64,000 nt of DNA from Candidatus Adlerbacteria bacterium GW2011_GWA1_54_10. GTDB taxonomy: Bacteria; Patescibacteriota; Minisyncoccia; Phycocordibacterales; SBAW01. Positions 1 through 9,000 of the stretch are shown here, one piece after another. The DNA lies in NCBI GenBank assembly GCA_001004665.1, contig LCRO01000001.1, forward strand, positions 483 to 64,482, in the 5' to 3' direction. The notes beneath the pieces were generated by a model. It was given only the letters and a program-made list of their open reading frames with translations, had not been told where the DNA came from and made no database searches. Within the stretch, counting starts at the first letter, position 1; the number at the start of each line of letters is the position of its first letter. The position numbers and the translations under genes are program-made.

Positions 1-1358
1 AAAGCGAGGCCGCCGCCGCGGAGCATCTGTCTGCCGCCAAAGCGAGCGACGCCGGACATCGCACCGCCAATCCAGCCGGTCGCTTTCTGCGCCAGCCCGT
101 TGCCTTGCTGGACTACCCAGTCCGCGGCTTTGAGGCCGACGTAAAGGAGTACAACGACGAATGCCATGCGGATAAAAACCCCCGCAATAAGCGCGCCGAA
201 TACGACATCGCCCGGCGATCCGGGGGCGCTCTGCGCGCCCGCCAGCGTCGAGAAGATGTTCTTTCCCTGCTGTCCGTCCATCATTTGCGTAAGGAATGTG
301 GTCAGCAGAAGGAACATAAATAGAAATATTGCGGGATAAAAGGAGAATTTGATCAGGTAGTCCTGCCACGTCTTATAAAACGCCTCGGTCTGCTTGAGCG
401 TTTTGGATACAAGCGCGAGAGGCGATGCTATTATCACGAACCATAAAGCGACTACCCGCATCAGGAACTTGAGCCCCACCTGAAGGAATATGAAGAAAAG
501 CCCGTAAAGTATGAGTCCGAGGGATATGGAGACCACGCTAAATAGAATGACCCCGCTCCAAGTGCCTTTTGCCGCCAGTTTTGCGGATTCGAAACTGCCG
601 GCGCCATAAAGTTTTTGCACTCCGACCGCGTTCATTATGGAGGCTGAAAGGTCTTTGGCGTTTCCGGGGCCGATCCCGGGCGTGCCCGCTGGAACTGGAA
701 TACTGTTATAAAACTGCACTGCCAGTATATTGCCCGCGTCTATTACGACGCGCGTTATAAAGAAGCTGAAGTTTACGATAAGCGCTATCGCTATGACCCA
801 TGCGAGCCGCCGCATGGTGCCAGCGGTCTCGGCGCCCAGCATTATCTCGAATGCAATGTATATAAGAATAAATATGAACGCCATGTTCGCGATGTCGCGA
901 ACGACAGTCCACGCGTCGGTTAAAAACTGTAGGGCATATGCGCTGCTATCTAAGGAAAGTTGGACGATAAGGCCGAGGAAGTATGCGCCGATGAACGCCA
1001 GATAACTTCCGATGCCCGGGAACAACCAGTAAACCATCGCCGCGACGCAATTCGGGAATCGTATGATGAGATTGCAGCGAAAGTCGGTGTCGGTGTTGCC
1101 AGTATCAATACTCGCCACACCCGGATCATTTTGAGCCGCTTTTGTTGGGTCAGAGGGATTATCTAGAACATTACAGTTAACTTGTAGTCCGCCGTTATCT
1201 GGGAGGACAACGCTTCCACCGAGGGCTGTACATGCAGATCGCGCTATACCGTATCGAATACCGGCCTCCGCGTTTGGAGTAAAAATATATAGAGCAAAAA
1301 TTGCCGCAAAGACGACCAAAGTCGCGCCCAGAATATTATTTTTCCTACCTAAACGCAT
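1..1358 (-). CDS. CPR-type polytopic membrane protein (VirB6/TrbL-like), 3' end outside window
   Basis: Not in the ORF track because the stop lies outside the window. Translated by hand from ATG 1358: MRLGRKNNILGATLVVFAAIFALYIFTPNAEA (signal peptide) ... LTDAWTVVRDIANMAFIFILIYIAF...IALIVNFSFFITRVVIDAGNILA, a motif typical of Parcubacteria VirB6-like proteins. Confidence 0.75.
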   Translation of the reverse strand, partial: MRLGRKNNILGATLVVFAAIFALYIFTPNAEAGIRYGIARSACTALGGSVVLPDNGGLQVNCNVLDNPSDPTKAAQNDPGVASIDTGNTDTDFRCNLIIRFPNCVAAMVYWLFPGIGSYLAFIGAYFLGLIVQLSLDSSAYALQFLTDAWTVVRDIANMAFIFILIYIAFEIMLGAETAGTMRRLAWVIAIALIVNFSFFITRVVIDAGNILAVQFYNSIPVPAGTPGIGPGNAKDLSASIMNAVGVQKLYGAGSFESAKLAAKGTWSGVILFSVVSISLGLILYGLFFIFLQVGLKFLMRVVALWFVIIASPLALVSKTLKQTEAFYKTWQDYLIKFSFYPAIFLFMFLLLTTFLTQMMDGQQGKNIFSTLAGAQSAPGSPGDVVFGALIAGVFIRMAFVVVLLYVGLKAADWVVQQGNGLAQKATGWIGGAMSGVARFGGRQMLRGGGLA

Positions 1359-3543
1359 TGCATCGTTGTAATTCCGCGGCGGTTTGCTGGTTTAGCGCGG
1401 CCATGCGCGACTGCAGGGCTGCGCGGTCCTGCAGTGTCTGCGTTACGTCTGTTTGTGACATGATTTCTCCCCGTGCTTGCGTGGCTGCATATTCGCGCGC
1501 CACGGATTCGACATCCGTCATGGAAGCGATATATAACACGCGGGTCTGCAGGTCCTGCAGCTTCGCTATCGCCGAATTGGCGCGCGCTATTTGCGCGTTC
1601 TGCCCGTCAATTTCGGAATTAAGCGAATTCTGCTCCGCAAAAGCCGCCGCCGCGTTCTGCGCCGCCTGTAGCTGTCGCGCCATCGAGGTTGCGGTGGAGG
1701 ACGCCGTTTCCCAGCAGTTGACCAATTGCTGGAGCTGTCCCTGGGCGTGGCTCAAGTCGGCAATGCTCCCCTGCGCCGCCGCGCCGAACTGCTGGGCTAG
1801 CACCACGCTCCCCTGCATTCGCGTAAGCAGCGCCTGCCCCTCTGCCTGTGCCTGCTGTTGTTCAGGAGTCAGGTAATCGCCCTGATATCCGCCGCTCCCG
1901 CCGCTCCCGAGCGTGGAGAGTCCCTGTGTAAGCGAACGGGTCATAAGCTGTTGTATCATCGCCGAGATTATCTCGTCGAAATAATTCGCAAGCTCCAGCT
2001 GGTGAAAGCTCGTCTGAAGAGTAGTCTCGAGGGAGCTTTCGACTATTTTACCCGGCGTCGATATTTCCCTGTCGCAAACGCGGCTACCGTTAACAAGCCG
2101 GCAGTTCTTCTCTTTTGTAACCGCAATAAAGCCCCCCGGCGAGAGATTGCGGTTAGCTTTATTGACGGCATTTTGCTGGGCCGTCTGCAAGCCCGCCTGC
2201 GCATAGAAGTAAGCTCCGTAAGGATTGTTTGTCGGCATCGTGGTAAAGGAAAGCAGTCCCTGCCAGCCTCCCTGCGAGAAGTCGCCGTTCATGAAGCCGT
2301 TGATGTTGCGAATGACGCCGGAGAGTGTGCATGACGGGGCGCTGCGGCGCGCGTAGCTCTGCGCGACGGCTATGCGCACCTGTAGCTGGAACGGCGAGCA
2401 CATGAACGAGAGTGCACTGCCCCTTATAAATTCGCTGGCCGCCTGGTCGGCCACGTTGGTGAAAAAGCGCTCGTAATTGGTAACGAAAGACGGCTTGCCC
2501 TGATATCCGGAATTTATCCAATTGACTATGCTCGCGGTCATCTGCTGTAGAGCGGCTTTGGCTATAGTGCGCGTCAGGCAGTCCTGCAGATCCTTGAATT
2601 GATTCTGGGAAAGTTTGCGGTTGGAATTTATGTCATATACGAGCACAAAGCCTACGCCGAGCGCCGCGGCTCCTTCGAGTGCCGATTGCCCCGTGCCGCC
2701 AAGCACTCCGAACACCTGCGAGGCAAGGCATGCGCCCGCAGTCGCGCCCAAAATACCAAGCCCGAGCCCTAAATTTCCGCTCTGTCTCTGCCCTTCTTGA
2801 GTCATCCCGCCGGGAAGCACCGAAACTGTCCCTCCCGTGCCGCTCTGATTAAGCTGGTCCGCGGTACGCGGGACAAAAGTAGTAATGGAACCGCCGCCGC
2901 CAATGTCATTGCCGCTCCCGCCGCGTGCCGGCGGACCGAGCCACTGTGCGTAAGGCACGTAAGAAGTCTCTTTAAGCGGCGTCTGCGTGACAATATTTTG
3001 GCCTCCGCCGTCAATCGTAATATTTTCTTCCGTTCCTCCTGTAGTACCGCTTTGAATAATGGTGCCCGTAAGGATCTGTCCGTTTAAGGTGCCGGTGAAC
3101 GTATTGCCGATAATCGTACCGGTTATATATGCTCCCGAATCGGCAGTGCCGGTAAAGTTGTTTCCGGAGCCAAGCGTGCCGGTAATCATGACACCCGTGC
3201 TTGTTATTCCCGTAAACGTGCCATCCGCGTTAAGTGGAATATTGGTTTGCGCGCCCGCTCCTGCCCCCGTGGTTCCGCCACCGTCGCCGCGCGTTGCCGT
3301 TCCACGCCCCGCCCCGCCTATATCATTTGGAATATTTGTTTGTGTGCCGCGCGTGCTGGTCGCGGAGCGCCCGGCGCCCGAGCCGAACTCTCCGCCCGTT
3401 GTTGCTCCTCCACCCGCCCCTCCTTTCCAGAAAAATAGATACCACAAAAAACCTATGACAAGAACGAACAAAATCGCCGCGAGTACGATAATAATGATGC
3501 GTCGGCTCCGATTCGAGTTCATGAATTTAGAAAGATGCTCCAT
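1345..3543 (-). CDS. Large membrane-anchored Gly/Thr-rich exported protein, CPR-type
   Basis: 732 aa with an N-terminal TM helix, GxFTG/ITGT repeats, an IVNWINSGYQGKPSFVTN...CSPF motif and a C-terminal Gln/Ala coiled coil. Confidence 0.8.
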   Translation of the reverse strand: MEHLSKFMNSNRSRRIIIIVLAAILFVLVIGFLWYLFFWKGGAGGGATTGGEFGSGAGRSATSTRGTQTNIPNDIGGAGRGTATRGDGGGTTGAGAGAQTNIPLNADGTFTGITSTGVMITGTLGSGNNFTGTADSGAYITGTIIGNTFTGTLNGQILTGTIIQSGTTGGTEENITIDGGGQNIVTQTPLKETSYVPYAQWLGPPARGGSGNDIGGGGSITTFVPRTADQLNQSGTGGTVSVLPGGMTQEGQRQSGNLGLGLGILGATAGACLASQVFGVLGGTGQSALEGAAALGVGFVLVYDINSNRKLSQNQFKDLQDCLTRTIAKAALQQMTASIVNWINSGYQGKPSFVTNYERFFTNVADQAASEFIRGSALSFMCSPFQLQVRIAVAQSYARRSAPSCTLSGVIRNINGFMNGDFSQGGWQGLLSFTTMPTNNPYGAYFYAQAGLQTAQQNAVNKANRNLSPGGFIAVTKEKNCRLVNGSRVCDREISTPGKIVESSLETTLQTSFHQLELANYFDEIISAMIQQLMTRSLTQGLSTLGSGGSGGYQGDYLTPEQQQAQAEGQALLTRMQGSVVLAQQFGAAAQGSIADLSHAQGQLQQLVNCWETASSTATSMARQLQAAQNAAAAFAEQNSLNSEIDGQNAQIARANSAIAKLQDLQTRVLYIASMTDVESVAREYAATQARGEIMSQTDVTQTLQDRAALQSRMAALNQQTAAELQRCNAFR

Positions 3544-4409
3544 GCGATCCCCAGGTCTTCTTTATTGAAAATTATACCGCCCGTTCGAAGGCTTTCGGCG
3601 ACATTTGTCAAAAGGCGCGCCTGCTCGCTCATCAAGGAGCGATAACGCTGGTATCCGCTTAAGCCCCGGAGCGGATCGCCTTGAACCAGTCTCATGTCTC
3701 CCAGCGCCTCCGCTATGTGCAAAAAATTGTTAGTCGCCTGCAAATGTAATGGAACAAGAGTGCTCGGCACGGAGAGCCTTGCAAGGTCGCGGGCGAGCGC
3801 GGCGTAGTGCCCGCTTATCGCTTCCAGCGTCTCTATCTCCGTCTCGGAATTGTTGTCCACGGCAAGCGCGAACGCGCGAAAGGCGCTTTCCGAGTTAGCC
3901 TGTGCGTGAGCGCCGAATGTTCCCATGACCTCATTGCCGTATGCACGGAGGGTTTGTGGCGAGGAGGCAACTGCTGCAAGGTCGGCCGCGGTATAAAGCT
4001 CCGGCGCCAGCGTCTCCATGCGCGCGAGGGCATCCCCAACTATCTCATCCTGCGTGGGGATGTCGCCGCCAAGGCCTTCGGTCCTGGCGGCCGTGAGCTT
4101 TATAAGTAGCGAACGGGCCACGGTGGAGGTCATGTTGTCGCTTTTCGCGGAGTCAAGGAGATCCTCTATTTCGCCTTCCGATATGGGCTCCGGCAGAGAT
4201 GCGAACGCGGCGCCGCCCTGCACGTCCTCGAGCATATGTTGCCAGTCCTCCTCTGCACCCTCCGTGGCGCCGGTGCTCACGGCGAGAGAGCCCACATCAT
4301 TTTTTGGCGCGGCCGCGTAGTCGGCCGCAGCGACAAGAGAGCCGGCGACCAGCAGTGAAGCGGCGATGAGGGAAAATTGCCGGCTGGGGAGATACTCCCT
4401 TAGGCTCAT
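3519..4409 (-). CDS. Hypothetical exported helical protein
   Basis: 296 aa with an N-terminal signal/TM segment; overlaps the downstream gene, operon-like. Confidence 0.75.
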   Translation of the reverse strand: MSLREYLPSRQFSLIAASLLVAGSLVAAADYAAAPKNDVGSLAVSTGATEGAEEDWQHMLEDVQGGAAFASLPEPISEGEIEDLLDSAKSDNMTSTVARSLLIKLTAARTEGLGGDIPTQDEIVGDALARMETLAPELYTAADLAAVASSPQTLRAYGNEVMGTFGAHAQANSESAFRAFALAVDNNSETEIETLEAISGHYAALARDLARLSVPSTLVPLHLQATNNFLHIAEALGDMRLVQGDPLRGLSGYQRYRSLMSEQARLLTNVAESLRTGGIIFNKEDLGIAWSIFLNS

Positions 4410-4431
4410 AATAATAGTATATTATGAAAAA

Positions 4432-4749
4432 ATGCACCCCGTATCCCGATTTGCAATAATTATTGCTCTTGTAGCCGGACTTTCCGCTCCCTTGCACGCC
4501 TCGGCGCTCGGATTTTCCTTCGGCGGCCGTGTCATATCAATTCCGGTACCGTGCTTCGGGTTGCCGGGATTCTTCGGGGTAGCGATTATTCCGGCGGGAC
4601 GCTTCTCCCCGTTCTATGTATGGGGTCCGGGAACCATAGGACTGCCCCCTCTTCATCCCGGCCAGCAGATATTAGGCATTTACGACCTGCCGCTACTGTG
4701 CAACGGCGTTCCCGGCTTCCGCATCCAGTACGACGGCGTCAGTATTTAG
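4432..4749 (+). CDS. Small secreted Cys/Gly/Pro-rich hypothetical protein
   Basis: In-frame ATG 4432, signal peptide MHPVSRFAIIIALVAGLSAPLHASA, then FGGRV...C...GQQILG. Confidence 0.65.
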   Translation: MHPVSRFAIIIALVAGLSAPLHASALGFSFGGRVISIPVPCFGLPGFFGVAIIPAGRFSPFYVWGPGTIGLPPLHPGQQILGIYDLPLLCNGVPGFRIQYDGVSI

Positions 4750-5479
4750 AAAGCGCAAGCCACTGCGCGAGCCCGATGTCCTCCGCGCGTGCGTTCTCCG
4801 ACACCCCGACACTCCGCAGAATGTCCGAATGTTTTAAGGTGTTTTTTAGCTGTTTGCGTTTTTGGGAAAATCCCGCCCGCACAAGCTCGAAAAACTTTTT
4901 TTCGTGTGTGGCTCTCTTAAAATTTTTTCTCGATATGTTTTTGACCGCCAATATGGCGGAATCGACTTTCGGCGCGGGATAGAACGCGCCTCGCGGAACA
5001 GTTTTTATTATTTTGGGCTCACCGTACACCTTTACGGAGAGAGAAAGTACGGATTCTTTTTTGCCTCGCGCTATGCGCTCGGCAACTTCCTTTTGCACCA
5101 AAAAAACCAGGAGCTTGGGCTGCAGCTTTGCGGACAAAAATTTTTTCAGCAATGCGCCCGTGATATAATATGGAATATTCCCGGCCACTTTATATTTCCC
5201 TAATTGATATGATATATCATATCGCAAGACATCCCCTTCTATAATTTTAAATTTTTTTTTATTTTTAAATTTTTCTTTCAGAATCGGTATCAAACGCGCA
5301 TCTTTTTCGACCGCAATCACTTTTGCTCCGCGCGCAAGCAGAACTTCCGTGAGTGCGCCGTCGCCCGGCCCCACCTCGAGAACAGAATCGCCCTTTTTGA
5401 CTTCTGCCGCATCGGCGACCGCATTCAAATAGAATGCGTTATGCAGGAAGTGTTGCCCGAGCGACTTTTTTAATTTCAT
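4739..5479 (-). CDS. rsmA: 16S rRNA m6,2A dimethyltransferase RsmA/KsgA
   Basis: KKSLGQHFL, VLEVGPGDG, NIPYYIT, QKEVAER and PAPKVDS motifs. Confidence 0.97.
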   Translation of the reverse strand: MKLKKSLGQHFLHNAFYLNAVADAAEVKKGDSVLEVGPGDGALTEVLLARGAKVIAVEKDARLIPILKEKFKNKKKFKIIEGDVLRYDISYQLGKYKVAGNIPYYITGALLKKFLSAKLQPKLLVFLVQKEVAERIARGKKESVLSLSVKVYGEPKIIKTVPRGAFYPAPKVDSAILAVKNISRKNFKRATHEKKFFELVRAGFSQKRKQLKNTLKHSDILRSVGVSENARAEDIGLAQWLALSKY

Positions 5480-7389
5480 TCCAAATATATTGTTTTACCG
5501 ATTCTTTCCGGGGATTCGGATAGTACCAGATTTTCTGGAATGTCCTCAAGAAATTGGGAGGGGCAGGAAGCGTTTTTCTGGCCGAAAAGTGTTCTATAGG
5601 ACGCATATGTCAGGTAAACTTTTTCCTTGGCGCGCGTCAGGGCGACATACATGAGACGACGCTCCTCCTCTTTGTCCTCCGCCTCTCCATCGAGCCTATC
5701 GTGCGGGAAAAGCCCTTCCTCAAGCCCTGTGATGAACACGACCGGGAACTCAAGCCCCTTTGCCGCGTGGACGGTTGTAAGCTTGACCGCATTCTTCTCC
5801 TCTTTTATCTCGTCCTGATCGCCCGCAAGAGCCGCCGCCTCCAGAAACTCCTCCGTTGTTTTGTGGCGGGAGGCGAGCGATGCGAGCTCGCGCAGATTCT
5901 CGAGGCGCTCCTGCCCCCCTCCGCCATATGGATCGTCTTCTTTATAGAAGCGCTCCATTCCGCTCTCTCTAATAACGAATTTAATCAGCTCCTGCGGCGG
6001 CATCTCTCGCGCGGCGACGCGCACGCCAACGAGTAATTTTTTAAAGTCCGCCGCCCTCTCGCCCGGAGGCCGGCCCGAGAGCAGTTTTAACAGCGTTACC
6101 TTGCCGATGCCGCGCGGCGGCACATTGGCGATGCGAGCCACGTCGCCCGCGGTATCGTACAGAGCCGCGCGGATAAACGAGAGCGCGTCCTTGACCTCCC
6201 TGCGCTCGAAGAAGCGCGTGCCGACGACCTGATACGGAATTTCCGCCGCCAGAAAACGCTCTTCCAGAACGCGCGACTGGAAATTCGCGCGGTAAAGCAC
6301 GGCAAAATCGCGGGGCTCTCTCCCTTGTTCCATTTTCTCGCGCACGGCGCGCGTTACGAACGCCGCCTCGTCGGCCTCGTCGAACGCCTGATAAACGGAG
6401 AGAGGATCTCCGTCGCCGTTTTTCGTAAAAAGATTTTTTTCGGGTCGGAATGCGTTTTTGACTATGACCTCATTCGCAGCCGCGAGAATTGTCTTGGTAG
6501 AGCGGTAATTTTCCTCCAGCTTTACCGTCCGACCGCCCGGGAATATTTTATCAAACGATAAAAGATTGCGCACTCGCGCCCCCCTCCAGCTGTATATACA
6601 CTGGTCCACGTCCCCAACCGCGCAGATGTTCTCTCCGGGGCCGACAAGAAGCCGCGCCAGACGCGCCTGTATTTTGTTGGTGTCCTGATACTCGTCAATA
6701 AGCATGTAGCGCCAGCGTTTATGCAGTGCCCCGCGCACCTCGCCATGCTCTTCGACAATTTGCACGGCGCGCAGAAGCAGGTCGTCGAAGTCGAGCGCTC
6801 CCTCGCGACGCAAGGCCGCCTCGTACAGAATCCACGCCCGCGCGATAGCTTTGTCGCGCGGTCCGCCAGCCGGCGGATCCACGCCCGCGGCAAACTCCTC
6901 GGCCGCTATACCCTCTCCCTTGCTGCGGCTTATAACGGCAAGCGCTGAACCAGCGCCCAAATCCTCCGCGCCGGTTTCCCTGAGCGCACGCTTTATCTCC
7001 CGCAGTGAGTCGGCACGGTCGTAAACGACAGGCCGGCGCTTGAGGCCGAGCAACCGATAATTTTCTTTAATAATAGTAAGGCCGAGCGAGTGGAAGGTCG
7101 CTATAAACGGCGCGGAGTTAGGGTGACTCCCTAGACTGGGGCTCCCTAAGGCGTCGTCTTGATTCGTCAGACCTTCGCGCACCCTATCGCGCATCTCTCC
7201 CGCTGCCTTATTGGTAAAGGTGACCGCAAGGACCTGCTCCGGCTCGGCTCCCCTCCTGATAATTTCCTTAATGCGCTCGGTTATAACCCTGGTTTTGCCC
7301 GCTCCGGCTCCCGCCAATACGAGCAGGGGCCCCTCTGTTGCCAAAACAGCCTTTCTCTGCTCTGGGTTGAGGTCGGTGAGATGGTCCAT
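5476..7389 (-). CDS. pcrA: ATP-dependent DNA helicase PcrA/UvrD
   Basis: AGAGAGKT, TFTNKAA, DEYQDTN, VGDVDQ, NYRST, HAAKGLEF and YVALTRAK motifs. Confidence 0.95.
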   Translation of the reverse strand: MDHLTDLNPEQRKAVLATEGPLLVLAGAGAGKTRVITERIKEIIRRGAEPEQVLAVTFTNKAAGEMRDRVREGLTNQDDALGSPSLGSHPNSAPFIATFHSLGLTIIKENYRLLGLKRRPVVYDRADSLREIKRALRETGAEDLGAGSALAVISRSKGEGIAAEEFAAGVDPPAGGPRDKAIARAWILYEAALRREGALDFDDLLLRAVQIVEEHGEVRGALHKRWRYMLIDEYQDTNKIQARLARLLVGPGENICAVGDVDQCIYSWRGARVRNLLSFDKIFPGGRTVKLEENYRSTKTILAAANEVIVKNAFRPEKNLFTKNGDGDPLSVYQAFDEADEAAFVTRAVREKMEQGREPRDFAVLYRANFQSRVLEERFLAAEIPYQVVGTRFFERREVKDALSFIRAALYDTAGDVARIANVPPRGIGKVTLLKLLSGRPPGERAADFKKLLVGVRVAAREMPPQELIKFVIRESGMERFYKEDDPYGGGGQERLENLRELASLASRHKTTEEFLEAAALAGDQDEIKEEKNAVKLTTVHAAKGLEFPVVFITGLEEGLFPHDRLDGEAEDKEEERRLMYVALTRAKEKVYLTYASYRTLFGQKNASCPSQFLEDIPENLVLSESPERIGKTIYLE

Positions 7390-7474
7390 GAAGGCAGTCT
7401 ATCCTTTTAATCGTTATTTTTCAATGTTTTTTGGTACCGATCTTCATGTTTTCCACAGACGGCAAACGAAGTAG

Positions 7475-7504
7475 TTGACTATTCGGAAGCCGACTGGCTA
7501 TAGT
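7475..7504 (+). promoter_or_regulatory. Putative sigma70 promoter of the LysM/M23 gene
   Basis: TTGACT-N18-TATAGT. Confidence 0.5.
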
Positions 7505-7529
7505 GGGCACATACGGATACGGTGAGCTG

Positions 7530-7557
7530 AAAAGTGGCTCTATAGAGCCACTTTTTT
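7530..7557 (+). terminator. Intrinsic terminator-like hairpin in the leader of the LysM/M23 gene
   Basis: Perfect 26-bp palindrome AAAAGTGGCTCTATAGAGCCACTTTT followed by more T, between divergent genes. Confidence 0.55.
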
Positions 7558-7590
7558 GCGGAAGGCGACAGAATTCAGGGTAAAATCACT

Positions 7591-8607
7591 TTGGACCCAA
7601 CATCTTTAGATCCCAAAAAGCGAATACGCTACAGTGCCGCGATCGGCATTGCACTCTTGGCGTTGGGGATACCCCTTTTGGCTTCCGCAAGTGTTTTTAC
7701 AGAATGGCTGCGAGGGTTCGGGGAGGCGGCCAGCGCCTCTTCTCTAAAGCTTAATTCCCAAACAATCCCTATCCTTGCTCCTGCCACAAATATTGATCCG
7801 CACCCGACAGGCGGCGGCGATATAGCCATTGTCGGAGGCTCGGCTCTCCTGCCCCAAGGCGGCCCGTCGGGGACCCTTGCCGACATCACCGAGAGCATGG
7901 AGTCTGCACAAATCAGCGTATATACGGTGCACCGCGGTGACACCCTTTCCGGTATCGCTGGAATGTTCGACGTCTCTGTCAACACCATAATGTGGGCGAA
8001 CGACTTAAAGAACGGGAAAATTCAGGAGGGACAGCAACTGGTGGTCCTTCCGATAACCGGGGTGCGCCATACAGTGGTCAAAGGGGAAACGCTGCAGTCC
8101 ATAGCCGAAAAATACAAAGCGGACGGGGATGAAATAGCTGGATTTAACAATATTGACGGCGCAAGCCTTGCGGTCGGGGAGGTGATAATTATCCCCGACG
8201 GGGAGATAACGCCGCGCTCGACTTCTCCGGCGCGCACTGGCGGCAACCGCAATGTCGTCGGATATTACGCCTGGCCCATGCAGGGCGGCGTGATAACCCA
8301 AGGACTCCACGGTTACAACGGTATAGACATAGGAGCTCCTTCCGGTACCGGCATTCTCGCCGCTGCCGCCGGCACTGTGATAATCGCCCGCGATAGCGGG
8401 TGGAATGGTGGCTATGGTAAATATCTCGTAATCAAGCATGATAACGGGACGCAAACGCTCTACTCGCACGCGAGCCGACTCTATGTCTCTGTGGGAGAGC
8501 GCGTGGGGAAAGGCGCCGTAATAGCCACGGTTGGCTCGACAGGAAAATCAACGGGCCACCACCTGCACTTCGAGGTTCGCGGCGCGGCGAATCCGTTTGC
8601 AAGATAA
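7591..8607 (+). CDS. LysM x2 / M23 family peptidoglycan endopeptidase
   Basis: Two LysM repeats (YTVHRGDTLSGIA; HTVVKGETLQSIA) and M23 motifs (HGYNGID, YSHAS, STGHHLHFE). Confidence 0.93.
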   Translation: MDPTSLDPKKRIRYSAAIGIALLALGIPLLASASVFTEWLRGFGEAASASSLKLNSQTIPILAPATNIDPHPTGGGDIAIVGGSALLPQGGPSGTLADITESMESAQISVYTVHRGDTLSGIAGMFDVSVNTIMWANDLKNGKIQEGQQLVVLPITGVRHTVVKGETLQSIAEKYKADGDEIAGFNNIDGASLAVGEVIIIPDGEITPRSTSPARTGGNRNVVGYYAWPMQGGVITQGLHGYNGIDIGAPSGTGILAAAAGTVIIARDSGWNGGYGKYLVIKHDNGTQTLYSHASRLYVSVGERVGKGAVIATVGSTGKSTGHHLHFEVRGAANPFAR

Positions 8608-8710
8608 ATTTAGCGTCTTCCGATAAAGCTTGATTTTTTCTCGCAGGGTGGTTTAATTTAATAATGGTTCCGATGCCCGGGGCCTTCAAGCATGGGAGGT
8701 TCTTTTTAGC

Positions 8711-8878
8711 ATGTTAAAAAACCGGCGCGAAGTTTTACAGGCCATTGCAGTCGCCACCGGGGTTCTGGGACAAGTTCCCCAGCAGGCCGACGCCGACGCA
8801 GTGAAACCGCTCACGATGTACGATGAGTTTGAGCGGGACTATCCTCGGCCGCCAATGTTGGCCTCGGCCATTATGTAG
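8711..8878 (+). CDS. Unannotated 55-aa peptide with twin-arginine-like N terminus
   Basis: GGAGGT upstream, MLKNRREVLQAIAVATGVLGQVPQQADADAVKPLTMYDEFERDYPRPPMLASAIM*, followed by a terminator. Confidence 0.55.
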   Translation: MLKNRREVLQAIAVATGVLGQVPQQADADAVKPLTMYDEFERDYPRPPMLASAIM

Positions 8879-8900
8879 TTGGTTGAGAAGCCGAACCGTC

Positions 8901-8937
8901 GCACCAATTTTCCTGTTGGAAGATTGGTGCTTTTTTT
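8901..8937 (+). terminator. Rho-independent terminator
   Basis: GCACCAATTTTCC-TGTT-GGAAGATTGGTGC-T7. Confidence 0.8.
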
Positions 8938-9000
8938 GGAATGCTTTAACGGACTGATGCGTAGCGTATAACCAAGCTATAGCAGGGTTATATACTACAT

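Noticed and set aside
1280-1358. Possible frameshift at the poly-T run in the signal peptide of the first gene
   Set aside because: Recounting shows ATG 1358 is in frame with the downstream membrane domain.
4405-4432. dif-like site (ATAA-TAGTATA-TTATG)
   Set aside because: The central spacer is 7 nt rather than 6 and the arms match poorly. Overlapping divergent -10 elements explain it better.
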